A stretch of 64,000 nucleotides of DNA from the human T2T-CHM13v2.0 reference genome, Homo sapiens (GCF_009914755.1 NC_060936.1), one strand, 5' to 3'; shown: positions 18,596 through 36,240, numbered from the stretch's first letter. Numbers and translations: made by a program. Notes: generated from the sequence alone by a model not told the origin.

Positions 18596-19150
18596 ACTGC
18601 TAACATTGTCTGAGAAAGATCCTTGTTATGTGGCTCAGAGGCCCTCCATGTATTCTTAACTATTCACTCTCCTATCCTTCCAAGAATAACACTAATTTGA
18701 CCTCTACAATAATCACTTTATCACTCCAGTTTTGCCTTTTTTCCTCCAAAACAATGCCTTTTAAGTCTATTTTAATCGATAGATTTCCTCTTAATATCAT
18801 TTAAAAATATTTCTTTACATTTTTAGACAGGAATCAGAATAATTTGCTATGTTGAATTTCCAGTTACTTGGATTTTGTTGATTTCATTCCTGTGGTTTAG
18901 TTGACATGAATCTCTCCAATTGAAAGGGTAACTTGAATATGGTAGCTGGAAAGTTAAAATCAATTCTTTTAACTTTGGAAAATGATTAAATTCTGGAGAT
19001 AGAATAGTAAGTTCATAAGATGACAGGTCATTTGCATCCTCTAGTGAAAAGCGAAGGAATTAAATAAAAATAACATTTTGATGCTTAATGTTTCTGGCAG
19101 TATTATGTCTGTATTTAATTGTTAAAATGTTTTTCAATAATTTTTTCCAG

Positions 19151-19261
19151 GTTGTCTGCATTCAAAAGAGCATTCTATTAAAGCTACCTTAATTTGGCGC
19201 TTATTTTTCTTAATCATGTTTCTGACAATCATAGTGTGTGGAATGGTTGCTGCTTTAAGCG
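19151..19261 (+). CDS. CLEC2D: CLEC2D exon 2, type II transmembrane segment (G)CLHSKEHSIKATLIWRLFFLIMFLTIIVCGMVAALS
   Basis: Acceptor ttttttccag|GT, donor GCG|GTAAGT; 111 nt, phase 1-1; hydrophobic helix in frame with exon 1. Confidence 0.97.
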
Positions 19262-20597
19262 GTAAGTGAACTGTAATCTTTATTCATCTAGAGAGAATTA
19301 TACTTGTAAAAAGAAGAGGAAGAATCTGAATAATTTTGTTATTCTTTACAGCTTTTAATATATTGTCTCACTAACTGAGTTACACTCCAATAACTTTTTA
19401 AGTGGCACCAAAAATTTTAATTATGTAAATAGGGTTCACATTATTCCAAGTTTAGTGAGATGATCAGAGTCTTCAGAAGGTAGAAGACAGACCACTATTC
19501 CTTAAGAATATTGACGCAAAAATTAAAAAAAATAGTAAACTGAAAAATAGTCTCTTGTCCGATCTAGGAACATGGTTAATTTTACCTCCACAACAACCTT
19601 GTTTCATGAAAAATAGCAAAACAGATGGTTTAAAGTACACAAAACTACTAAGTGGCTGTATAACATCACAGGCAGCCTGTTCTTTCTTCCTAGCTATTTG
19701 AGCATGTTCTGGCCCTTGTTTTTTTTAGCATATGTAGCCCATCTTCCTAGAAAACAAACTCCGTTTAGTGATTGTACCCTAAAAGCAATTAGCTATAAAA
19801 ATTATCTTGTACTTCAAAACATGCTTGCAGTGCATCTAATATAGACCAAGCGAAGACATAGAAAACTACAAAAGCACTTCCCCCAAACCTCATGCCAATC
19901 TGGATATCAACCTAAAATCTACCCCCTGTTACTACATTCTGAAGTAATTTCAGAGAGACCCTTCAAATACTGCTTATGTAACTTAAGAGTCAGCAATACT
20001 TGGAGCACTCCATATAACACTCTAAATAATTTCTATTCATTTGCAAATCTTTTGCTTATTATCTTTTGGCATTTTGAAACCACAGATAATATACTTTATA
20101 CATTTATGAAGCAAAAATAATTTTTTTATTTCAGAGATTTAAGTCAACTAATTGTAACTATTTAAGAAAGAAAAAATTGGAAAGAGACAATTTCTGTAGT
20201 CTGTAAGTACCTCAGTATTAATCAAGGGAATGTATTCTGAAATATAATTTAAATTTATAGCTCTTTTTTTTACAGTAAGCATATGAAATTGACACTTATG
20301 ACTGTTTTCCTTTATTATCCATTATGTGTTTCTCTTCCTTTCAGCTAGCACTTTGGAAATGATTTCTTGTGTGGAGCCAATAGCTAGAGCCATCTTCTAA
20401 TCTGGTCATTTTCTTTCTTTCTTTTTTTAAATGTGTTATTATGTATTACTTTATATCATTTTTATGTTTTATTTAACATTTAGATTGTTAGTTAACTATT
20501 CAAGTGTGGTATTTCCCCATTTAAATCGAGTTATTTAGATTGGCTTTAGTTATAAAAATTCCTAATAGAGCTTTGTAGTTATAGCTCTGGTCCCTAA

Positions 20598-24524
<3,927 letters not shown>

Positions 24525-25215
24525 CTCTGGTCTGGTGGTTTTCTTTAAATTGGTTGATACAGGAGCAGTGATAGCACAACAAATATGCACAGATTTGGGG
24601 AAAGTCATCCTGCCTTATGGTCTGGTTCAAGAAATTACATTTTAATAGTTATAATTTGGTATCACCTTGTTTGTGATACCAAACCAGATACAATACACGT
24701 TTGCCTCATGTTATGATTTGTTATTCAGATTACACCAGTTATTATTCATAACTAAGAGTGATTTCTCATCTCACAAGAGCCAAATCCAAGGATAATGGTG
24801 CCAATTGATAGTAATGATTCTATGAATACCCAGCATTCTGGTCTATCATAGACACTTTCAGAACCATTGAGTTGAAGGTAGAAGGTGGTTATATAATAGA
24901 AGATGAACTGGTAGCTACTAGGGGCTCAGTGACAACTATCTGGAGAGACATTCATTCATCTCGATCCCACATGAAGAGAGCATTTCTCCTGATTATATAA
25001 GAAGTGGGTCAGAAAAGCCTGTCCAGTGAAGTATTGCTGCCTTCAAAGTGTAGAAAACCTCACTACATCTCCTTAGTGGAAGGAAGTTCACTGTACAACA
25101 ACTTATTTCATATTTATGATAGTATTTAGACATATACAAGGCTTTTTCACATCAAGAAACCTTATTCACATAAGGCATCTCTATCCTGCCCTTCATTTTA
25201 CCAAGTCATCTGGAG

Positions 25216-25748
25216 CAGCAATCGCCAACCTTGTTGGCATGAGGGACCAGTTTTGTGAAAGACAACGTTTTCATGGACTGGGGTCAAGGAATGGTTTGGG
25301 GATAATTTAAGTGCATTACTTTTATTGTGCCCTTTATTTCCATTATTATTACATTGTGTAATAATATATAATAAAATAATTATACAACTCACCATAATGT
25401 AGAATCAGTGGGAACCCTGAGCTAGTTTTTCTGAAAGTAGATGGTACCATCTGTGAGTGATGGGAGACAGTGACAGTTCATCAGGTATTAGATTCTCACA
25501 AGGAGCCCACAACCTAGATTCCTCACATGAGAAGTTCCCAATAGGGTTTGCCCTCCTATGAGAATCTAATGCCACTGCTGATCTGACAGGAGGTGGAGCT
25601 CATGAGGTAATGTGAGTGATGGGGAGTGGCTGTAAATACAGATGAAGCTTCACTTACTCATTCGCTGCTTACCTCCTGCTGTGCAGCCTGCTTCCTGACT
25701 CATCCATGGACCAGTACTGATCCATGGCCTAGGGGTTGGGGACCCCTA
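25216..25748 (+). mobile_element. MER1A-type hAT-Charlie DNA transposon
   Basis: Decayed terminal inverted repeats (cagcaatcgccaacc ... ggttggggacccct) and 8-bp TSD ATCTGGAG/ATCTAGAG matching the NTCTAGAN target. Confidence 0.85.
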
Positions 25749-26118
25749 ATCTAGAGCACTTGGAGAACTATCTGTTCTCCAAAGCTGATCAAATGCTATC
25801 ATTAATGTATCTAATATTTTAAGAAAGGGTAACACTGTTGAGAGCCAAATAGATACATGGCCCAGAGCAAGCTTAAGTTACTAATAACTCCTTTTTCAGC
25901 TCACCCCCTGCTGAAGGCATGAGTTTGAATCTCAGTTTTGCCATTTGCTGTGTAATGTATGCAATTATATTTAGCATCATATTTCTCACTTGAAAAATGA
26001 AAATAATACATTTAATACTTAACAGGAGTGTCAGAAAGTATATTAGCACTTGGTAATTTATACAATACAATATAAAAGTAAGAAATTTTTATTTTATTTA
26101 TTTTTATTTTATTTTCAG

Positions 26119-26303
26119 CAATAAGAGCTAACTGCCATCAAGAGCCATCAGTATGTCTTCAAGCTGCATGCCCAGAAAGCTGGATTGGTTTTCAAAGAAA
26201 GTGTTTCTATTTTTCTGATGACACCAAGAACTGGACATCAAGTCAGAGGTTTTGTGACTCACAAGATGCTGATCTTGCTCAGGTTGAAAGCTTCCAGGAA
26301 CTG
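26119..26303 (+). CDS. CLEC2D: CLEC2D exon 3, stalk plus first part of the C-type lectin-like domain (AIRANCHQEPSVCLQAACPESWIGFQRKCFYFSDDTKNWTSSQRFCDSQDADLAQVESFQEL)
   Basis: Acceptor attttcag|CA, donor CTG|GTAAGA; CPxxW..KCFYFS and NWT sequon typical of NK-complex CTLDs. Confidence 0.97.
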
Positions 26304-26653
26304 GTAAGAAAATAGTTCTGGCCAGAATCAAAGATTCAGCCCTACAAGGATATGTTTTCCTGTGAAATTATCTAAGAGGTAGGTTTAGACATCAGCTTTT
26401 ACATTGATTTTTTTTTTTTTTTTTTTTTTTTTGCATAACGAAAGAGTAACCTAGCATGTATTATATTTTACAGTGAACCATCTAAAATTACCTTAATATT
26501 CGTGGCAGGAACAGGCCCAGAGGGCAAGCAAGCCAGAGCCTTCTTTGACTTGTGAGCCAGAATTGTGCAAATAAGGATTAGAAAAGTATTGGTAGAAACC
26601 CAGTTTTAAGTTTGTATGAAGTTAGCAACATTGTTTCAAAATAAATCAAACAA

Positions 26654-26948
26654 GGCCAAGAGCAGTGGCACATGCCTGTAATCCCAGCACTTTGGGAGGC
26701 CAAGGCGGGTGTATCACTTGAGGTCAGGAGTTTGAGATCAGCCTGGCCAACATGGTGAAACCCCATCTCAACTAAAAAATACAAAAATTAGCTGGGCATG
26801 GTGGCATACGCCTGTAGTTCCAGCTACTCAGGAGGCTGAGGCAGCAGAATTGCTTGAACCTGGGAGGTGGAGGCCTACAGTTAGCTGAAATCATGCTACT
26901 GTACTCCAGCCTAACAGAGTGAGACTCTATCTCAAAAAAATAATAAAG
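26654..26948 (+). mobile_element. Alu (S/J)
   Basis: Full dimer with A tail; the only sense-oriented full Alu I see inside CLEC2D. Confidence 0.92.
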
Positions 26949-26999
26949 ACAATAAGTCAAGCAAGAATGATGTCATAGAGGTTGGTAGACTAAAAAGCT

Positions 27000-29900
27000 A
27001 CAGAAATCTGTTCCTCCACTGAGAAAACTATTGAACTGTCAAAAACTGTCTGAAGTAACTATTTTGGAATTCTCGAGTCTAGTTAAACACTGGAAGCATC
27101 AAGGGAAGAGTTTGATAAAGAGGATGATAAATTTTGGTTAATGTTGGTGAATTTCAGCCTTTCCACTCAATAATAACTATTTTCCATACCCCATTATTGC
27201 AGGGATCCATGGGAACTGCTGCCCATGTTCTTGTAATGAATTCCTGCAGCCAGGGTGAACAATAAGCACCTTTTTGTCCAAATATCAGGGTTATTGCTGA
27301 TTTCTGCCTTTGAATGCTGAGGGGCAGACACAGAAGTGGGCTATCATTGCATCAGTCCTCATCAGCTGAAGTGGCTTCCCAAGGATTTAAATAAATAGTA
27401 TGTGTTTTTCCTCCCTTTAGGAAGCAGTCATTTAAGACAATTTTTATTAGATAACTGGCTGACAGCAGAGATAACAGAACAGAGATTTCAATGACCATGC
27501 ACAACAGAGAATAAAAATAGTTGGGAAAAAATCATGACCAAATGACTCTGAGCCACAACAACCAAGATTTGACAATCCCTGAAGAGCAAAATAATTAAGT
27601 TACCAGAGTTACCACAACATAGTATTCATAATGTCCAGTTCTCAAAAAAAAATTACAAAACATGCAAAGAAAAGTATGGTTCATTCACAGGAAGAAAAAG
27701 TAATCTGACAGAAACTATCCCTGAAGAGGCTCAGATATTAAAAATATGAGTCAAAAATGTTAAATCAGCTGTCTTAAGTATAACCAATGAGTTAAAGGAA
27801 ACTAGACAAAAAGCTAAAGGAAACCGAAAACATAATAAATGAACAAAATTAGAATATCAATATAAAGGTAGAAATTGTAAAAAAGAACCAAGCAAAAATT
27901 CCAGAGCTGAAAAGTACAATGACTGAAATTTAAAAATAATTTTAAAAACTCAATGAAGAAGTTCAACAGCAGATTTGAGAAGTAAGAGATCAGAAAACTT
28001 GAAAATAAGATAATTGAAACAATCCAGACTAAGAAAAACAAAGAAAAAGAATGAAGATAAATAAATTCTAAGGAACCTGTAGGACATCAGCAAACATACT
28101 AACATATGTACTGTAGAAATCCAGGAAAGAGAAGAGAAAGAGAAGCAGAGAAATACACTTAAAGAAATAATGAACAAAACTTTCCAAAATCTGAGGAAAT
28201 ACATAAATATATACATCCAAGAGGCTCAATGAACTCCAAAAGGGTAAACTTAAAGAGATCTACATTGAGACAAAATATAGTCAAGTTGACAAAATCCACA
28301 GAGAGAATTTTGAAAGCAGCCAGAATGAAGCAACTCATCATTTACATAAGACCCTGAATAAAATTAATAGCTGATTTTCTCTGAGAAACCATGGAGATCA
28401 GAAGGTAGTGGAATGGCATATTTAAATGTCTGAAAGAAAAAATAAAACTGCCAACCATGAATTCTATGTATAGCAAAGTTGTCCTTCAAGAATGAAGGAA
28501 AAAGTAACACATTTTCAGATAACCAATAATTAAGGGATTTTATTACCAGTAGACATGTGCTACAGAAAATGCTAAAGGAAACCTTTTAGGCTGAACTGAA
28601 AGTACACTAGACAGCAATTCAGAGCCTCCAAAATAAAGAATATTCATAAAAGTAACAATAGAGGTAAATATAAAACCCAGAATTACTACATGTGTCATAT
28701 AGTTTATAACTTCTCCTATTTATAGCTTTCTATATTTATATTTATCTATAACTTCATAGGCAAATGAATAAAAATTATAAATATGATAGTGGTCATATAA
28801 TGTATAAAGATGCAATCTGTGACAGTCTTATGAAGCAGGGATGAAGACATATAGGATCAAAATGTTTGCATAGTTATTGAAGCTATGTTGATATTATGAA
28901 ATTATATTGTTACAAGTTTAAGATGCTAATTATAATTCTCAAGGTAACCACTAATAAAATTACCAAAATTATGCAGAAAAGGAAAAAAGAAAAACAATAC
29001 ACTATAAAAAACCAATTAAATACAAAAAATGTCAGTAACAGACAACTTGAGAAACAAAGACATATAAGATATAGAGAAAACAAATGATTAAATGGCAAAA
29101 GTAAATCTTGTTTTAGTAATCACATTAAATAGAAAAGGATGAAGCCATCCTATTAAAGGGCTGAGACTGACAAGTTGGCTAAAAACTAAAATAAATTAAA
29201 AAGAAAAACAAGACTCATCTACATGCTGTCTATAAGAGACTTGCCTTAGATATAAGGACACAAAGAAGTTGAAAGTAAAAGGACTGAAAAAGATATTCCA
29301 TACAAACAGTAGTAACCAAGATAGTGCCGAGTGGCTATATTTTTGTCAAGCAAAATAAACTAAAGTAAAATTTACAAGAGAAAAAGAAGGGCATTATGCA
29401 TTGACAAAAATTTTGACATAGCCAAATAATTATGTTATAAAATATATGTACTTAATAATACAGCCTCAAAATATATGAAGCAATAATTGCTATAATTTAA
29501 GGGAGAAAAGAACAGTTCTATGAAAAGTTAGAGAATGAAATATTCCACTTTCAACATGAGATTAAACAACTAGACATAAGATCAATAAGGAAATAGAAAA
29601 TTTGAACAACACTATAAACCAATTATCCCTAACAGGCATATACAGAAGAATCTACCCAACAAGAGCAGAATATTAATTCTTCTCAAATGCACATGGAACA
29701 TTCTTAAACCATATGTTAGGCCACAAAACAAGTGTTAGTAAGTGTGAAAATTTGAAGTCATAAAAAGTATCTTTTGCAATTACAATGGAATGAAGCTAGA
29801 AATCAATAACTAGAAAAACCAGAAAAGTCACGCATATGTAGAAATTTAAAAACCCGCTCTTCAACAGCCATTGGTCAAAGAAGAAATCACAAGGGACATT

Positions 29901-30085
29901 AGAAAATACCTTGAGACAAATGAAGTAAAAATACAAATAGCACGTTTATGGTATACACTGAACATAGTTCTAAGAGGGAAATTTATAGCTGTGAGCAGTT
30001 AACTAAAAAAGAAGAAAGATCTCAAATCCATAGCCTAACTGTACACTGTAAGGAACTAAAAAAAGTAAAACAAAAATAGAAGTCA
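27000..30085 (+). mobile_element. Old L1M ORF1/ORF2 remnant
   Basis: A-rich, degraded L1 ORF1 and endonuclease-region phrases (ttcttctcaaatgcacatggaacatt, gagggaaatttatagc). Confidence 0.75.
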
Positions 30086-30271
30086 TCTTTATGATTTGAA
30101 AGAGTAAAAGATTTACCTAATAAGTCCCTAAATTTACTAATAATAAAGAAAATTGTTTATATATTTAATTGCGTTAAAATTCAGAACTTGTAATCATAAA
30201 AAGGACAGTACACATTGACAAGGAAACACAGCAAAGGAAACCAGCCTATGCTGCTGCTGTTGTGAGGATAA

Positions 30272-30640
<369 letters not shown>

Positions 30641-31040
30641 TGGTGGTGTCATTTCTTAAAGTTGACAAAAAGCATATCCTGGGGCCTAAAAATTCTATTC
30701 TAGGACAGGTGCCAAGAATGTCATAGTAGCATACATTCCAAACTTGATAAAACCCTGGTGTCAACCGATAGTATAATAGATAAATTGGAGAAGAGTCATA
30801 CAAAGGAGTACAATACAGAAACAAAAGTAACCAAATTATCAACAATTTCTCTCAGTTTTAAATTATCTTCTTTTGATATGTATGATAATATAGCACACCT
30901 ATTCTGTATGTATTACTAAACAATACAAAATCAAAAGGAAGAAAATTATGAGTAGTTAAGAATATAGCATAGCAGCAACATTTCTGGGAGAGGATGGGTT
31001 ATGTTAGATTAATGAATATCATCTCTGTGTTTTCTGAAAG

Positions 31041-31144
31041 AATTTCCTGTTGAGATATAAAGGCCCATCTGATCACTGGATTGGGCTGAGCAGAGAACAA
31101 GGCCAACCATGGAAATGGATAAATGGTACTGAATGGACAAGACA
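31041..31144 (+). CDS. CLEC2D: CLEC2D exon 4 ([34 protein letters not shown])
   Basis: Acceptor ttttctgaaag|AAT, donor ACA|GTAAGT; WIGL motif and NGT sequon. Confidence 0.97.
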
Positions 31145-31246
31145 GTAAGTTCTAAAAATCTGGCAGTAATATTTGTATTTGAATTTACTTTGCATTAAAT
31201 CTGAAGTGTTCTCTAGTTACATGCTTTAAAAAATTCTCATTTTAAG

Positions 31247-31328
31247 GTTAGTCATGAAAGAAGATGGTGCCAACTTGTATGTTGCAAAGGTTTCACAAGT
31301 TCCTCGAATGAATCCAAGACCTGTCATG
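31247..31328 (+). CDS. CLEC2D: CLEC2D alternative 82-nt cassette exon (LVMKEDGANLYVAKVSQVPRMNPRPVM), frameshifting exon 5 to VSYPGSRRVCLFE*
   Basis: Acceptor ctcattttaag|GTT, donor ATG|GTGAGG; open in the frame of exon 4; gives a 194-aa product that matches my recollection of a described CLEC2D isoform. Confidence 0.8.
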
Positions 31329-32011
31329 GTGAGGTAGACTGACTGTGAACTTGGCTCCAGGCTTATCTATGTCATTTTCAAACACTTTCATTTTAAGCAA
31401 ACCATACAATATCTTTAAGTCTGTTCCTTACCTCCACAACAAAATTAAATTGCACTTGTCCTCCTGATTTCACAGGGTTGATGTGAGGAACAGAGGTTTT
31501 GATGTATCAGGGAAAGATTATGAGTGACAGCAATTATACCTATTATTTAAAATAAGACAATAGTTTTAAAATTTTAAAATGGGTAAAGTTTGGCACTAGA
31601 AAATTTAATCTCAATTGTATATTTATAGGATCTTCAGATTACTAAAAAGATTTGAGATAATGCTGGAAAAATTGGATTCACACAATTTCACTCAATGTTT
31701 GTCTGAGAGATGAGACAGTTTTGAAAAGCTACTTTATTGTAATACATTCATCAATATTGGAAATATAACTTTATTTAATAAAAAGAGCCCCAGACTGGAC
31801 ATTGGCAGGTTTGAAATGAGTTTTTTCTCATTAGCTTTTGACCTTGGATGGGATGGTAAGTTTTAGAAATCAGAGAACATGTACATTTATACATTGTTGT
31901 ATCTACACTGCCTTGCACATTGTGACTGCTTCATAAATATCTAGAATTAACTTTTATTTCTTATTTTACAATACGGAAGTAGTAAATTTTCTCTACCTAA
32001 TTCTTAAAATG

Positions 32012-32336
<325 letters not shown>

Positions 32337-32969
32337 TAAGGATCAAATATATTATTAACTAACCAGTTTTTGGAAACTGCTCATCACTTAAAGAAATGTA
32401 AAATATTATATGATTAAGGTCTAACAAGTTTCAACAATTAGCAAATTATATCATAGATGATAGTGATTCCAATGAGCAAAGAGGAAAAATTTATAATCCA
32501 AATGCTGACCTAAAATATCTGTGCCAAGCCATCTAAACTCAGCTAAATAGCACTGCAGTTTCAGTACTAAAACCACCAGGGAAGTAGGAGGAATAAAATC
32601 AAGCATGGTTTTTAGAAATAGCTGCTGAGTCTTCAGTTATTTAAGGAAGCAAAATATTGGGAAACTGTGTAAAGAAAACGTGTCAGACTTCTCCCATCAG
32701 CCAGCTAAGGCTTTGGATGTACTTGAAAGAATATTATGCTTACAGACATGAAATAGGTTTGATTCAGGACTTTGCAGTATTCCTATAGTTGATTTATAAC
32801 ATCTCCTGCTAAGCAAAGCCCACTGACTAATTAGTCACCACTACACAAGGAAAAACAGCATTATTTTTAGAGGCTGAATTAATGTTAGTTTTCTCATTTT
32901 CTCATCTTCATTCTCTCTGCTGTTGAAGAAATGTTCAGTGGCCAACTGATTCTGCTTCTTCTCTTGCAG

Positions 32970-33084
32970 GTTTCCTATCCTGGGAGCAGGAGAGTGTGCC
33001 TATTTGAATGACAAAGGTGCCAGTAGTGCCAGGCACTACACAGAGAGGAAGTGGATTTGTTCCAAATCAGATATACATGTCTAG
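32970..33084 (+). CDS. CLEC2D: CLEC2D exon 5 coding part (FPILGAGECAYLNDKGASSARHYTERKWICSKSDIHV*)
   Basis: Acceptor cttcttctcttgcag|G; TAG at 33082-33084; exon lengths 61+111+185+104+115 = 576 nt = 191 aa plus stop. Confidence 0.97.
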
Positions 33085-33242
33085 ATGTTACAGCAAAGCC
33101 CCAACTAATCTTTAGAAGCATATTGGAACTGATAACTCCATTTTAAAATGAGCAAAGAATTTATTTCTTATACCAACAGGTATATGAAAATATGCTCAAT
33201 ATCACTAATAACTGGGAAAATACAAATCAAAATCATAGTAAA

Positions 33243-34052
33243 ATATTACCTGTTTTCATGGTGCTAATATTACCTGTTCTCCCACTGCTAATGACATACC
33301 CGAGACTGAGTAATTTATAAATAAAAGAGATTTAATTGACTCATAGTTCCACATGGCTGGGGAGGTCTTGCAATCATGACAGAAGGCAAATGGGAAGCAA
33401 AGTCATGTCTTATGTGGTGGCAGGCAGGGGGACTTGTGCACAGGAACTCCTATTTATACAACCATCAGATATCTTGAGACAAGAACAGTATGGGGCTCCC
33501 TGGTGTGATTCCGTCCTGCGCGGCTGTTCTCTGGAGCAGCATTCATTTATCTTCGTCTGCCTTGTCTCCTACCTAAGTGTGTGTCGCCACCCGATGGAAG
33601 ATTCGATGGACATGGACATGAGCCCCCTGAGGCCCCAGAACTATCTTTTCAGTTGTGAACTAAAGGCCGACAAAGATGATCACTTTAAGGTGGATAATGA
33701 TGAAAATGAGACCAGTTATCTTTAAGAACGGTCAGCTCAGGGGCTGGTGCAAAGGATGAACTGCACATTGTTGAAGCAGAGGCCATGAATGACGAAGGCA
33801 GTCCAATTAAAGTAACACTGGCAACTTTGAAAATGTCTGTACAGCCAACGGTTTCTCTTGGGGGCTTTGAAATAACACCACCAGTGGACTTAAGGTTGAA
33901 GTGTGGTTCAGGGCCAGTGCATATTAGTGGACAGCACTTAGTAGCTGTGAAGGAAGGTGCAGAGTCAGAAGATGAAGAAGAGGAGGATGTGAAACTCTTA
34001 AGTATATCTGGAAAGCAGTCTGCCCCTGGAGGTGGGCAGAAAAAAGTAAAAC

Positions 34053-34085
<33 letters not shown>

Positions 34086-34892
34086 AAGATGATGATGATG
34101 ATGATGACGAGGAAGCTGAAGAAAAAGCGCCAGTGAAGAAATCTATACGAGATACTCCAGCCAAAAATGCACAAAAGTCAAATCAGAATGGAAAAGACTC
34201 AAAACCATCATCAACACCAAGATCAAAAGGACAAGAATCCTTCAAAAAACAGGAAAAATCTCCTAAAACACCAAAAGGATCTAGTTCTGTAGAAGACATT
34301 AAAGCAAAAATGCAAGCAAGTATAGAAAAACGTGGTTCTCTTCCCAAAGTGGAAACCAAGTTCATCAATTATGTGAAGAATTTCTTCTGGATGACTGACC
34401 AAGAGGCTATTCAAGATCTCTGGCAGTGGAGGAAGTCTCTTTAAGAAAATAGTTTAAACAATTTGTTAAAAATTTTCCATCTTATTTCATTTCTGTAACG
34501 GTTGATATCTGGCTGTCCTTTTTATAGTGCAGAGTGAGAACTTTCCCTACCATGTTTGATAAATGTTGTCCAGGTTCTATTGCCAAGAATGTGTTGTCCA
34601 AAATGCCTGTTTAGTTTTTAAAGATGGAACTCCACCCTTTGCTTGGTTTTAAGTATGTATGGGATGCTATGATAGGACATAGTAGTAGCAGTGGTCAGAC
34701 ATGGAAATGGTGGGGAGACAAAAGTATACACGTGAAATAAAACTCAGTATTTTAATAAAGTAAAAAAAAAAAAAAGGTATGGGGAAAACTGCCCCCATAA
34801 AGCAATTGTCTCCACCTGGCCCTGCCCTTTGCATGTGGAGATTATTACAATTCAAGGTGAAATTTGGGTGGAGACACAACCAAACCATATTA
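33243..34892 (-). mobile_element. THE1-type LTR split by the NPM1 retrocopy (33243-33495 and 34785-34892)
   Basis: The LTR reads continuously across the GTATGGGG duplication and ends caaaccatat. Confidence 0.85.
33496..34775 (+). pseudogene. Processed pseudogene of nucleophosmin NPM1 (probably the copy named NPM1P7)
   Basis: Intronless; NPM1-like 5' UTR; ATG 33594 [19 protein letters not shown]; 1-nt frameshift near 33710; ORF 33785-34444 ending DLWQWRKSL*; AATAAA 34754; poly(A) 34762-34775; TSD GTATGGGG at 33488-33495 and 34777-34784. Confidence 0.96.
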
Positions 34893-36240
34893 GATGGCTA
34901 TATCAAAAAGACAAGAAATAACAAGCATTGGTGAGAGTGTGGAGAAGACGGAACCCTTGTACACAGTTGGTGGGAACACAGTTTGGTGCAGCCATTATAG
35001 AAAACGTCATGGAGGTTCCTAAAGAAATTAAAAAGAGAACTACCATATGAGCCAGCAATCCCTTTTCCAGATATACACCCAAAGGAAATGAAATCACCAC
35101 CTCATAAAGATATCTGCTTTCCTGTTTATTATAACACATCTTTATTCATAATAGCCAAGATACGGAACTAACTGAAGTGACCATTAACAGATGAATGGAT
35201 AAAGAAATTGTCATATATATAAAACACACACATTATATACATACATACATATATATATATATAAAAAATAGAATATTATTCAGCCTTGTAAAAAGAAATC
35301 CTGTTATGTTGGGAACAAGCCCCCCAAAATCTGGCCATAAACTCACCCCAAAACTGGCCATAAACAAAATCTCTGCAGCACTGTGACATGTTAGTGATGG
35401 CCATAACACCCACGCTGGAAGGTTGTGGGTTTATGGGAATGAGGGCAAGGAACACCTGGCCTGCCCAGGGTGGAAAACCACTTAAAGGCGTTCTTAAGCT
35501 ACAAACAATAGCATGAGCGATCTGTGCCTTAAGGACATGTTCCTGCTGCAGTTAACTAGCCCAATCTATTCCTTTAATTCGGCCCATCCCTTCATTTCCC
35601 ATAAGGGATACTTTTAGTTAATTTAATATCTATAGAAACAATGCTAATGACTGGCTTGCTGTTAATAAATACATGGGTAAATCTCTGTTCTGGGCTCTCA
35701 GCTCTGAAGGCTGTGAGACCCCTGATTTCCCACTTCACACCTCTATATTTCTGTGTGTGTGTCTTTAGTTCCTCTGGCGCTGCTGGGTTAGGATCTACCC
35801 GACTGAGCTGGTCTCAGCACTGTTATTTGAAACAATGTAAATAAACCTATAGGGTTTATTATATATACTAAGTGAAATAAGCCAGACACAGAAAAAAAAT
35901 GTTGCATGATCTCACTTATAGTGAAACTTAAAAAAAAACCCAAATACATAGAAATAGAGTAGAATGGTGGTTACCAGAGATGAGGAAAATACAGAGACAC
36001 AGGTCAAAAGATACAGAGTTGCAGTTACAAAGGGTGAGTATGTCTAGATATCTAACATACAGTATGAGGACTATAATAGTATTGCACTGTGTACTGAAAA
36101 CTTGATGACAGATTTTAGATATTCTTACCACACAGACAAAAAGAAATGTAAGTATGTGAGATGAAGCTTATGTTAATTAGATTAAGTGTATGTACATAAA
36201 AACATCACATTATACACATCAAATATATACAATAAAAAAG
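34893..36240 (+). mobile_element. L1MA-type 3' end interrupted by MER9
   Basis: L1 3' phrases on both sides of MER9; ends tatacaataaaaaag. Confidence 0.75.
35307..35819 (+). mobile_element. MER9 solo LTR (HERV-K HML-3)
   Basis: TGTTGGGAACAAGCCCCCCAAAATCTGGCC...GGTCTCAGCA with perfect 6-bp TSD CTGTTA (35301-35306, 35820-35825). Confidence 0.88.

Noticed and set aside
33685-34164. 159-aa Ser/Ala-rich minus-strand ORF
   Set aside because: Mirror frame of the NPM1 acidic-tract codons.
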